Origin: Ginglymostoma cirratum
Lineage: Eukaryota
Length of the DNA: 64,000 bases
Direction of reading: 5' to 3'
Assembly: GCA_024137785.1 (NCBI GenBank)
Contig: JAHRHZ010000150.1
Coordinates: forward strand, 817,627-881,626
Part shown: in pieces, positions 38,596-49,289 of the stretch
Position numbering within the stretch: position 1 is the stretch's first letter
Layout of the letters: each line of letters begins with the position of its first letter
Made by a program: the position numbers and the translations under genes
The notes under the pieces: generated by a model
Database searches by the model: none
What the model saw: only the letters and a program-made list of their open reading frames with translations
Told to the model about the DNA's origin: nothing

Positions 38596-39299
38596 CAGCA
38601 TAGCAACAGGCCCTTTGGCCAACCATACCAGTGCATGATGTCATTCTAAACTTTTGTATCTGTCATACACCTGGCATAGAACATAGAACACAGAAAACAG
38701 AACATACAACATTGGACAGTGCAGCACAAAAGTAGGCCCTTCAGCCTACCATATCTGTGCTGACATTGATGTCATTAAAACTAATTCCATCTGCCTGCAT
38801 ATGTTCCATGCCCCTTTATTATCTGCCTTTTCTTGTGTCTGTATAAATGCTTCTTAAACTAATGGGCATTTGTTGACTATTTGACTTCGAGGGTCATCAC
38901 ACTAAAATTTTCACTCAACTCAAATTCTACAGCGGTAGACTGAAAGTAATGCTGACCTTGCATCTTCTCTTGAAATTCAGGCTCATTTCCAGATTCACTT
39001 CTAAATTTCCTACAGTTATTAACTTTCAGTAGTAAAAAACTTTTATTTTGATTCATTTTTGATTCTTTTACAGTCAAAAACGCAGAACAAAGCGTGTGAT
39101 TTTGTTTGAAATGGTGTTGTGTTAATGGGTTTACTTTTGAGTAGTCCTAAAAGTATCTTACTTCCCAATTTCTTACAGTTGTTACGCTTTAATAGTATAT
39201 TTCTATTTTGATTCATTTCTGGCTCTATTATAATCAAAACACAAACATTGTTAAACAAATGTTTGCTTCCATTGAGGAGGAGAGTTTTGTAAAAAACAG

Positions 39300-41570
39300 A
39301 GTTATGTTAATGGAGCTTTTGGAGATGCCTACACGTGGACAACTCTGGAGTGAGATCATTTTTAAATCAGAAGACTGAAAACTGTCTGCTGGAACACTTG
39401 AGGAAGAGTTTTTTTTTTTGAAATTCGATTGTTCAGCTAATTGATTGATTTTATTTAAGAATTATATGTTCGATTACTTTTATTTCTTGTTTGGATGCTT
39501 AATATTGACGCTTTTGGTAAGAAAAGATGGATTATTTTATATATAATGTGCTATTGTAAGCTACGTTTACAGTTTGATTGTCATTGACAGCATATAAAAG
39601 ACACAGATTTAGATGGCTAGTAGATTTAGAGAAGTGATTACACACTAGCATCAATGAATTAGTTGGATGACTGTTGGAAAATGTGAGAAGGTAGTTAAGA
39701 AGTCTCCTGTGGCTGTTCATCTCGCAAACAGATAAGCTGTTTTTGGTACTATCGCAAAGGATAGTGTCTCAGGGGAAAATGGAAGAGGCAGTCAGATCCT
39801 AGGCATTAAGAATGAGTCTTACGTTAGGCAGATATTTTTAAAAATTTAAAAGAATAATTGTTATAGGGGATTGTTCTGCCAGGCGCGCAGATAGGAGATT
39901 CTGTGGCAGAGAGCGTGAATCTAGGATAGTATGTTGTTTTTCTGGTACCAGGATTAAGGACATCTCAAAATGTTCAAAAAATACTCTTAAGCGGGGGAGG
40001 GGAGTGAGAAACTTGAAGCTATTGTACACATTGGTAGCAATGATATAGTTAGGGAAATGATTAAGGCTTTACAGAGCAAATATAAGAGGTTCGGTAGAAG
40101 AATTATTTTTTAAAAAGCTTCAAATGTAGTAATCTCTGATTTAATTTTGTTGCCAAGCTCGAATGAGGGAAAAAGTAGATAAAAGGATAAATGAAATAAT
40201 TCAATGTTTGTAGAGATAGTGTAATTTTCAATCATTCGGGCTCTTGGATCATTGGAATTTCTCCTGGAGCACAAAAGACCTCTTCAAAAATGATTTATTT
40301 CACCTCTTCTGGAAAGGGCCCAATGTTCTGACCAGAAGATTTGCTAATTTTATTGCAAACTATAAGAGAGGGAGAGGTGGAGGAATCCTAAGTGAGAGGG
40401 AAAATACAAAGATAGATGCAGATGATTTTGAATCTGAACAGAAAATGTTTATTAGAAAAGACAGACTAAGTCTGATAAAGAAGTAACTCTGAAGAATTAA
40501 ACTATTTATTTCAATGCAGGGGGTCTTACAAGTTAGGCTGATGAACTCAGGGCATGTGCAGGAACATGGAATCGGGGTGTCATAGTTATTACAGAAACCT
40601 GACGGATGGGCAGGACTGGCAACTCAATGTTCTGGATTTCAAATACTATAGGAAGCATAGAAAGAGAAGTAAAAGCGGAAGTGTAGCGCCATTTGTGATT
40701 AAGGAAAATGTTACTGCTGTTAACTAGAGAAGATAGTTCTGAAAAACTCATCCAGTGAAAAATATATAGATTGAAACTAGAAATAAAAAGGGAATTGTCA
40801 GATTGATGGTTTGCACTATAGACCGCACAATAATCAGAGGGAAATTGAGGAACAAATATGTAGAGAGACTTGAGATAAATGTAAGAATATTGACTGGGAC
40901 TACAATCATGTTAAACGTTTGGATAGTGAAGAATTTGTTAAAAGTAATCAAGATTTTTTAAAAAATTAATGTATAAATGCTCCTACCAGGCAAAGAGCAA
41001 AACGTAACCTTCTTTTGCATAATTAACCACAACAAGTTACTGAAGCGATGGTTGGGGAACACTTTGGGTCTAGTGAAAATAGTTCACTTTGTGTTAATAT
41101 AGTTTTGGAAAAAGAGAGACTTCCATTAAAATGATAGTTTTTAATTGGAGTAAGGCAAATGTTAATGGTATAAGACAAGAAATGTCAAAAAATGTTTGAA
41201 GCAGATTGCTTGCAGGGAAAGGGACTTCTGATAACTAAGAAGATTTCAAGAAAAAAGGGCTGGCAGGATTAGAGAACAATAGATGAATGAAGGTATTGAG
41301 GTTCTAGTCAAGAATGAAAAAAAAAGAATCATGCACTAAATATAGACAACTGTGTTCAAATGAATATCTTGAAAAGTATTAAGCGTGTAGGTGCATTCTT
41401 AAGAGGAGATCAGGAGGGAAAAGAAAGGATATGATATAACCTTGGCAAATAAGGTTAAGGATAATCCAAAGAGATTCGACAAGTACATAAGGAGCAAGAG
41501 AGCAACTAGAGAGACAGTGAGGTATATTTGAGATCAAAGAGGTCATCTTTGTGTTGAACCCCACGGGAGA
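39300..41570 (+). mobile_element. Degraded CR1-clade LINE 5' half (ORF1 esterase-like and endonuclease regions)
   Basis: Near 39855 remnant IVIGD...RRADRRFCGRERESRIVCCFSGTRI typical of CR1 ORF1 esterase, followed by decayed AP-endonuclease motifs; lies in the J-C intron of the inverted cassette. Confidence 0.7.
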
Positions 41571-41924
41571 TTACTTTATTCAGCAGTTCACTGTAGGATG
41601 GTCGATCCGGAAACCTAATAATGAGATTGTTCTCTCTCCTGGGGATACAAATCCGACCCAATAACGTTTAATGTTGCCCCCCTCCCAACGCAAAATCTTT
41701 CTGCGCTGCTCTCCATTCTCTCTTCAGCTTCTAAATCCGTCTCCAAGCTTTATGTTTATATGTACGCAGTGCAATTCCATGGCCATCTCTTTCTTGCTTT
41801 TTCTCCCGCATCTATCTCTTGATCTCTAGCTCTCAGTATCCATTTCATTTATTCACTGCTTCCATTTCAAATCAGTACGCATTTAGAAATCTCCTGTTTG
41901 AATAGATGCATTCACTCCTCAGTA

Positions 41925-42770
41925 TTTTCCTCCCAAATCTTTCTCTCTCTCTCTCATCTCTAACGCCTTTCTTCCCTCCCTTGCACTCTCTTTCTCTCTC
42001 TCCCCACCCCCCGTCTTTATCTCCTTCTTTCTGTCTGTACAAAATCAATTTATTCCAATTTGTCTTATCTTCACTCTATTGCAATCTATCTCTCCCTGTC
42101 TCTGATTCTCTCGCTGTCTGTTTCATTCCCCCTTTCCTCTTACAATATTTCTGTCTCCATTTCTCTGCATTTCTCTGCTTTTGCCTTCTTTCTGTTTAAT
42201 CTTTTTCTCAATGTCTCGCTTTCTCCCTCTTTCCCCATTTCTCCTCTACTCCTTCTACTTAACACAATATTGCTCTCTATGCATCTCTCTCCCTTTAAAA
42301 TAAAGCAAAAAGCTGTGGAAGTCTGAAACAAACAAAAACAGAAATTGCTGGAGAAACTCAGCAGCATTTGTGGAGGGACAAAACAGAGTTAATGGTTCAA
42401 GTCCAGCGACCCTTCTTCAAAAAATGCCTTTCTCATTTCATTTTCCGTCTCTCCGTCTCTCTTTCTCACTCTCTCCGTTGGCCTCTCCTGCTATATATTT
42501 TATTTAATCATTGTATCTCATTCCTTACGCTGCTGTGTTTCTTTCATTCTCTGTCTCACTCTTTCCATCAGTCTTTGCTTTCCCACTTTCATTCTTTCCT
42601 ACTTGTTTCCTCTTTCACTGAGGCACTTTATTGGTCTCCTTGAATCTCTACCAACCGCGCTCACGTCCTCTAACTTATCCATTTTCTACCTATCCACCTC
42701 ACTAATTTTACCCCGGTTCTCGCTTCCATCTACTCTTTCTCTTATTTCTCCACCTTACCACCTTCCATAT
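41925..42770 (+). repeat. Degenerate CT-rich low-complexity tract
   Basis: Strong pyrimidine bias; similar tract at about 44030-44600. Confidence 0.8.
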
Positions 42771-43357
42771 TTCAAACAAATGACCTTGTCATTGTACCCT
42801 GCTTCACTCAGACAGTCATAGTGCATGGAAAAAGAGCCTTCAAACCAACTCGACCATACCAATCAGATATCCTAAACTGATATTGCACCATTTTCCAGTA
42901 TTTAGCCCATATTCCTCTAAACACTTCTTATTCTTGTACCCACACAGATAACTTTTAAATGTTGTAATTGTACCAGCCTCCACCACTTCCTCTGGCAGCT
43001 AGTTCCAAACACACACTACCTTCTGCGTGAAAATTTACCCCTTAGGTCCCTTTTAAATATTTTCCCGCTCACTTTCAAACCACGTCCTCTAGTTTGGGAC
43101 TCCCCTACCGTGGAGCAAAATACCTTCGCTATTCACCCTACCCATGCCCCTGCTAATTTTATGAAACTCAGCCTTTGATGCTGTAGGGAAAATAGTCCCA
43201 AGCTATTCAGCCTGTCTGTAAAGTTCAAACACTCCAACAGTCCCACTGGCAAACATTCTTGTAAATTTCTTCGATCTTCCAGTCTCCAGTTCCCAATCAA
43301 TGAAAAATTAACAACTTTGGCCACTAAGAGAAACATAACCTCCTGGAAGAAACTCAC

Positions 43358-43403
43358 CTAAAACAGTCAGCCTGGTCCCCTCTCCAAAGTACTGCTCAGC
43401 ATT
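43358..43403 (-). other. TCR J gene segment (TRBJ-like) of the inverted cassette
   Basis: AAT GCT GAG CAG TAC TTT GGA GAG GGG ACC AGG CTG ACT GTT TTA G / GTgagt = NAEQYFGEGTRLTVL; FGxG motif, phase-1 donor compatible with exon 1 at 36803. Confidence 0.95.
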
Positions 43404-43431
43404 CACAGTGCGATAGAACCAGGCTCAAACT
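43404..43431 (+). other. 12-bp-spacer recombination signal sequence of the J segment
   Basis: CACAGTG (43404-43410, consensus) + 12 nt cgatagaaccag + GCTCAAACT (nonamer, partial match to ACAAAAACC), abutting the J coding start. Confidence 0.85.
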
Positions 43432-43627
43432 GGTCGAGCTCTGCTCATTTCTCTCAGGAACAGATCAGCTTCCCAGGACAGCAGAGCTTTCGACTGCTCA
43501 CTAGTTCTGGGAGACTGGAGCTCCTCCTTTCCTGGGAACACTCCCCATCAGGAGTGGCTGCATGGTGGCATTGAATCTGTGGCTCATCCACACAGTACCT
43601 GGGGCTGGGGATCGTTGGCAAAGGGAA

Positions 43628-43666
43628 AGTTTTTGTCTTGGTGTAATCTGCCAAACAGGCACAGTG
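43628..43666 (-). other. 23-bp-spacer recombination signal sequence (3' RSS of candidate D)
   Basis: On - strand CACTGTG (43666-43660) + exactly 23 nt + ACAAAAACT (43636-43628, 8/9 to consensus), facing the J 12-RSS. Confidence 0.85.
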
Positions 43667-43682
43667 CCAAGTTGATCGTCTC
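43667..43682 (-). other. Candidate TCR D gene segment
   Basis: 16 nt GAGACGATCAACTTGG, open in all three frames, between a good 23-RSS and a degenerate 12-RSS, 263 bp upstream of the J. Confidence 0.65.
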
Positions 43683-43710
43683 CATGGTAATACATTTAGG
43701 TTCAAATGCA
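43683..43710 (+). other. Degenerate 12-RSS (5' RSS of candidate D)
   Basis: CATGGTA + 12 nt atacatttaggt + TCAAATGCA; lacks the essential CAC, so probably non-functional. Confidence 0.4.
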
Positions 43711-45079
43711 CAAGATGGGGGTGGGGAGGTGAGGTGTACGAAGGTGTAATCTGTCCTGTACAGCCTCAGTTTAAGAAAAAAAAACAACAAAAAAAATTCT
43801 TCCTGGTTCCACCGATTGCATAGCCCTCCCTTATTCTTTCTCTCAGTGTGTTCATCCTTGTCAATATTTGGAATCTGTAACATCTCATCAATACTGAACT
43901 CTGTATCTCTAGCCCTATCACTATGATCCCTGACTCTTTCAGTTTCTTTCTCTGTCATGGAGTGCTCTCCACCACCCTGGCATTTTTCTTCTGAAATTTC
44001 TATACCTCTCTCAAGCAAGGATAAATATGGTCTTTCTGTCTCTCCCTTCTTCTCTTTCCCCCTCTTTATCACGTTTTGCTTCCCTCAGCCTCTCTATTTC
44101 TCCCTCTCTTACCCCAAACTTCTTCCTTTCTCCTTCTCTAGGAATGTTTCTCTCACTCTCTCTCTTCTTTCCTCTGCCTCTCCGTCTCTTGCCCCTTAAC
44201 TTTAGTCATCTACTCTACTCCTCTCTGCATTTCTTTCTCTCTCTCGCTTTGTCTTCCTGTTTCTCTTCTTTCCCTTCTCTAATCTCCCTCTCTCTGTACC
44301 TTCCATCACGCTCCATATGTTTTCACCTTTCCCTCTCTCCCTATAGTTATCACAGTTGTTCTGCAATTCTCCGTCTGTATCCAAAGTTTATTCCTAAATC
44401 TCACTCCCATTCTTCCTGTCCCGCTTCCCTATTTTCCCATACTTGTCTCTCTATTGCCCCCATTTCTCTTGATCTTTCTCTACCTCCTGATTCTGGTCTG
44501 TTTCTATCCCCTCTTTTGCAGCATTCCTCCAATGACGTTTCTTCATCGCTAAATCGATGTCTCATTATTTATTTTCATCTCTCCCTCTCTTTCCTTGTAG
44601 GTTTCTGCCCAAAACAACGAGCCTGTATCTTGGCCTTTTGTTAGTCTTATTCATTTTCTCGGAGATAGCAAGAGCTGCAGATGCTGGAGTCAGATAGGCA
44701 CAACGTGGAGGTGGAGGAGCACAGCAGATCAGGCAGAACCAGAGGAGTAGAAAAGTCGACGTTTTACTTTAAGAAGGGTCCCGACCGTAAACGCTGACTT
44801 TCCTACTCCTCTGGTTCTGCCGTACCTGCTGTGTTCCTCCAGTTCCACACGATGATGTCTACTTAATTCTCTCTGTGGTGTTAGCCCTTCATCTTCAGCA
44901 CACTGACATTCACGTTTTCTGCTGCCTCCAGTGGATGTATTTTTTTCGAGGGCACAGCACCTCACAAATTACGTCCAGCCACGCATCACATGGTGTGTGC
45001 AAAAAAAAATAGATGGCCAGTGATGAAATTAGCTCCAGGTTCAGGCTGACCAGTCTTAGTCCGGATCAGGAGGGAATGT

Positions 45080-45160
45080 GAGAGGAAGTAGTTGTGAGGG
45101 GCGGGGGAAGCTTCCCGTTGCAAAATCCCAACACAAATCCAACTAATCCTGATTGGTATG
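45080..45160 (-). promoter_or_regulatory. Candidate promoter upstream of the inverted D-J
   Basis: CCAATCAG on - strand (from 45156), palindrome GGGAAGCTTCCC (45105-45116), GC box GGGGCGGGGG (45098-45107) and ETS AGGAAGT (45083-45089) within 80 bp, in locally CpG-retaining sequence. Confidence 0.4.
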
Positions 45161-46387
45161 ACTGAAGATGGAGCAAGGCGATTAACCGACATTGTGACGG
45201 CCCCAGAAAACATGGAAAAAAGCCATTCGAGAGTGTGCATGAGAGGCCCTTAATGTGAGGAATAGCGGTCACAGACCTTTAAAGGGCTGCCATTTGTTGG
45301 GCAACACTGCACTCTGGTGGCGGTCGTACGGAATGACAGACTTGGAAAAATCGAACAGGAGAAAGTTTGGGCAGTGAACTCTGGAAGAATTCGCTCTCCA
45401 TGGGTTGTTCACTGATGGGAGATAAAGAACTGGTGACGGTGGAGACACTGCCACATGCCTAAAATGGTGGGTTGGTGAGCATGCCTTGTAGGATTCAAGG
45501 TGCAACTCTTGTGCCCGAGAGAAAGGTTGAAAATGTTGGTCTGGAAATAAACTTTTTTTTTTGCCAGAATGCAGTTGGTTGATAAATGTAACGCAGGGAG
45601 CAAGCTTGCAGCTCTTGATGTCTCCTTTCACTCTCTGTCCGTCAGACAGAAATAAGATACCAGGAGAGAGATAAAGAAAGACATACGTCGGGAAAGAGCA
45701 GAAGAGAGGGAGAAATACAGAAAGAGTGAGAATGAAAAACAGAAAGTCACAGAAAGAGGGTGAGAGTGAAACAGAGAGGTGAGACGAAATGCTGGGTAGA
45801 TGGTGGCCTGCTACCATTATAACTTGACGAGAGACTCCGTGGAACCGAAGTTTGAATCCTGATATGGCTGCTGGTAGAATTAAAAATCAACTTTTTAAAA
45901 TCTGGAATTTATAGTCTGATGATGACGATGAAACAATTGTCAACTCTTGCTAAAGCCATTTTCTTCACTAATCTGTAGGGAAGGAATATGTCATCCTTAC
46001 CTTCTCTAGCCTCTATGCGACTCCTGATCAACAGCTATGTGGTTGACTCAACTGCACTCTCGGTAATTGGGATGGGAAATAAATGTTGGCCAGGTCACAG
46101 CCATCGGTAGATGAATTTAAAATAAATGGAGGGGAGACAGACATATCGAATACTCCCCAAATATGAAAAACAGAGAGACGTAGATAAAAAAAGATTTCCA
46201 GCATTCAAGGTATTGTTCTTTAGTAATAACAAGTTTACTTTGAAATAATTTGAGTGGCATCGAACCAGTAAAGACTATATCTGCTGTTTCCTCTCCAATA
46301 CTATAGAGATCGTTCTGACAGTTCCTTTACATCCACTGCTCCAGCTGTCACATCTTGCCTGATTGTGCACCACTCATGGTTGAAGGT

Positions 46388-47333
46388 CTACTGAATGGAA
46401 CCAGTGGCATCCAAACCTGGCTTGTTGTTGCTTTGTTCATTCAATACGTGGATAACTGATGCAACTGCATATTTCACAGCACGCCTGATCTGATGTCTGA
46501 ACTTAGACTGAGTCGCCCTATAAATAAAAGTGGTTGTGCAACAACTTAAATTGAGCAACATAACTGCAGTTTCTTCAGAGATATATTCGACATTGTTATA
46601 ATCATTAGGAGCTTTCCTGTGATGCTACAACATAAGAAATCAATAACGTACACCAACCACAGAAGTATAAAGCTGCCAGATACGGTAAATAGTAAAATCA
46701 CAGATTTCCTTCTGCTCTCCATCTCTGGGTCACGGTGATTCTCTCCCTTGTTCTGACTCTTCAGCCCCTGACGGACTCGACTGGCCACCAAAATATGTTT
46801 GACTGTCAGAGCATTGAGCAGCAGAATGAAAGCGAATGGGAGCAAAGGTGTTAAGACAACGGAAAACCAGTCATATCTCACCCATCTGGGATCAGTATAA
46901 TAGCCTGGATTTATAATACAGAACCATGGTACTTCGTTGAGTATCTTCCAAGGTTTAACAGAAAACTAAAAGGGGACGTTTTTCAAACAGAGCAAAATGC
47001 AGGTTGTTGCTAGAACCATGGTTGCAGTTTTCTTGCTACAGTACGTTGTTTTCAGCTTCCGGCAACAAATGGCGACAAATCGATCAATTGAAAAAGTGAC
47101 GGTGTACCAGACTGAACAGTCTGTGGCTGCACGGCGCAGGGCATAGCGAATACTGCAGACAACAGTGATGTTGAGGAAGGACACTGGGAAATAATAAGCA
47201 TTGAGCTGATACAGAATGACGTCAGTGACAATGACCAGGGGATCCGCTATTGCCATAGCCACTAGGTAGCGAGTGGTGTAGGTAGAGAGTCCACACTTTT
47301 CCTGGGACAAGATCACAGTTGCCACCAAATTAG
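46388..47333 (-). pseudogene. Class A GPCR, GPR139/GPR142-like, exon 2 (pseudogene)
   Basis: NLVATVILSQEKCGLS..TRYLVAMA.AD, CSVWYTVTFSIDRFVAICC, LTPLLPFAFILLLNALTV, DPEMESRRKS..LLF. Premature TAG at 46966-46968, frameshift near 46612, then LLNLSCCTTTFIY..TQSKFR to TAG at 46388. Confidence 0.88.
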
Positions 47334-47975
47334 CTATAAGTGAAAATAAACTGGAAATTAATGGTCAGAAATTCTTTTTGTAAGGATCTGACAGTGAGGA
47401 CAGGCTGGAAAAATGAATATTCATGGAATAAAGGGAGTCATGTCAATCTGAAGTTTAAATTTAATACTCTTATCACTGACTCCAACTTACCTCTGGCTTG
47501 CTAATATCTGACTTTTACTAAGTTAGGATGGGGATGTCCCATTCCACTGTGCTATGTAAGGAACTGTTTCCAATACTAATGCAGATTCGACCTAGAACCT
47601 ATCACCTCTCTGGTTATATTTAAGATTTATTATGTTCAGTGAGGCTAGAAAGGTATAGATTTTAATTGTAACGTTTCAATCAATATTTGCCTTCCCTGAC
47701 ATCTGATTTAACATTACATGATATTTGCTGACTCAAAATGGTTAATGAATTAGAGAGACTGTGAGTTACATTAAGAGATTTATTCTCCATCGAGACAATG
47801 TTTTAATATTTTAAATGTAACACAGGTCATTTTTATTCAACAAAATAATATCACTTACTTGGTGTCTGCTTAGGAGTAACCACTTAATCAGCATGCAACA
47901 TTGTCATTCACAGAGTACAACAAGAAAGTAACTCACAAATAGGTTTACGCAATCCCAATGGGTAGAGTCACTGAC

Positions 47976-48042
47976 CAGGAACACAAATGATGGAGGGCAT
48001 CAGGTAAAATACTTTCAACATATGGTCAATTGGAGAATGCAT
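47976..48042 (-). pseudogene. GPR139-like GPCR, coding exon 1
   Basis: ATG start, MHSPIDHMLKVFYLMPSIICVP, G / GTcagt phase 1, splicing in frame to give ...GVP(A)NL-type TM1 (CVPANLVA). Confidence 0.75.
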
Positions 48043-49147
48043 CTTCCGTGTGAAGTGATCTGCCTTCAGTTCTATAACCCCTCTGCAGTAAGCTCTGAAG
48101 TAATATGTTCTCAAAGCTTTACATTTATTCCCTACGAGATCGGCTCAGGAATATCAAGGCTTAACAATGCTAAACCTGTTCTTATTTTCTCTCAAAGATC
48201 CACAAAAGGATTACGACAGACACTTAATTTCCTGTTGGAATAGAACATCTTTAGTATTGAGACTCAGTTGTCTGCGATATAGAGCACAGAAGGAGTTATA
48301 AGCTGCATCCTACCTGCAGTGGTGATGTGCAGACGAATGTAATCTTTGTACTTTACCATGTTTCAATGATGTACTTCATTTCACTGTCACCCTGCATGGA
48401 TCACATTCCAAATGTGAATGTGTCTCTTTCAGAACTGTTTGACTGCCCTCTGTATTGTCTCCTTTCGCTATGGGCACTAAGTGAGCAGTGATCTTTGTAT
48501 TCATGTACTACAGGATTCAACGATTATTGATTCTGAATTTATTCAAGATTACAAAACGATGTCAGAACCCAAATGGATGTTGTATCTTGAACTCGTAAAG
48601 TCCATTAAGCCAATATGCATCTGTACCTGACGGCAGGAATGATTGCCACACAGTCGTCGCTGAGATCAAGTCTCAAGTTTACATTCTGTTATATGGCACT
48701 ACCACCATGCCAACTACAACTGATTTGGAGCTGCTTGAGCAACTCAAGACTGGACATTGTGTATCATCATCATCAGCAGAATTGTATTTAAACACAATCA
48801 GGTGAATGGCATGGATAGAGTGGAACGTTTGAGGTATTTTACCAGTGTGGGTTTGTCAATTACGGGGGGGACACAGGTTCAAGGTGCAGAGGTGGTCAAT
48901 TTAAAAGAGATGCATGAGGCATGTTTTTCACACAAAGTTTCGTGTGTGCCTGGAACTCGCTGCCAGAGGAAGTGGTAGAAGCAGACACAACAGCAGCATT
49001 CAAGAAGCACCTGGAAGAATACATAAATCGGAAGGGAAAAGAGGGATGCAGATCATGTCAAGTGAGAACAGTTTTAGAATGGGGAAGCGCAAAATGTGTT
49101 GGCGCAGGCTTGGAAAGCAGAAGGGCAGTGCTTTATGGCTGTTTGTT

Positions 49148-49218
49148 CAGGTAGCGAGTGGTACAGGTGGAGAGGCTACATGTTTCCTAGGGATAGATTA
49201 CATTCGTCACCAAATTAC
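49148..49218 (-). pseudogene. Second GPR139-like exon 2 fragment, truncated by a LINE
   Basis: ctttctctcatttatAG then NLVTNVIYP*ETCSLSTCTTRYL, homologous to the start of the exon at 47333; ends at a CR1 3' end. Confidence 0.75.
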
Positions 49219-49289
49219 CTATAAATGAGAGAAAGCAACACAGACTGCACAATGTAACCCAGTGTTTCACTCACTTCACCATTAGTTTG

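Noticed and set aside
43501-43695. ORF starting MYYHGDDQL just before the 23-RSS, read as the end of a V segment
   Set aside because: No YxC and no V framework upstream; a D segment fits better.
44027-44644. Long Ser/Leu-rich ORFs here and at 55633-56256
   Set aside because: Products of CT/GA low-complexity tracts.
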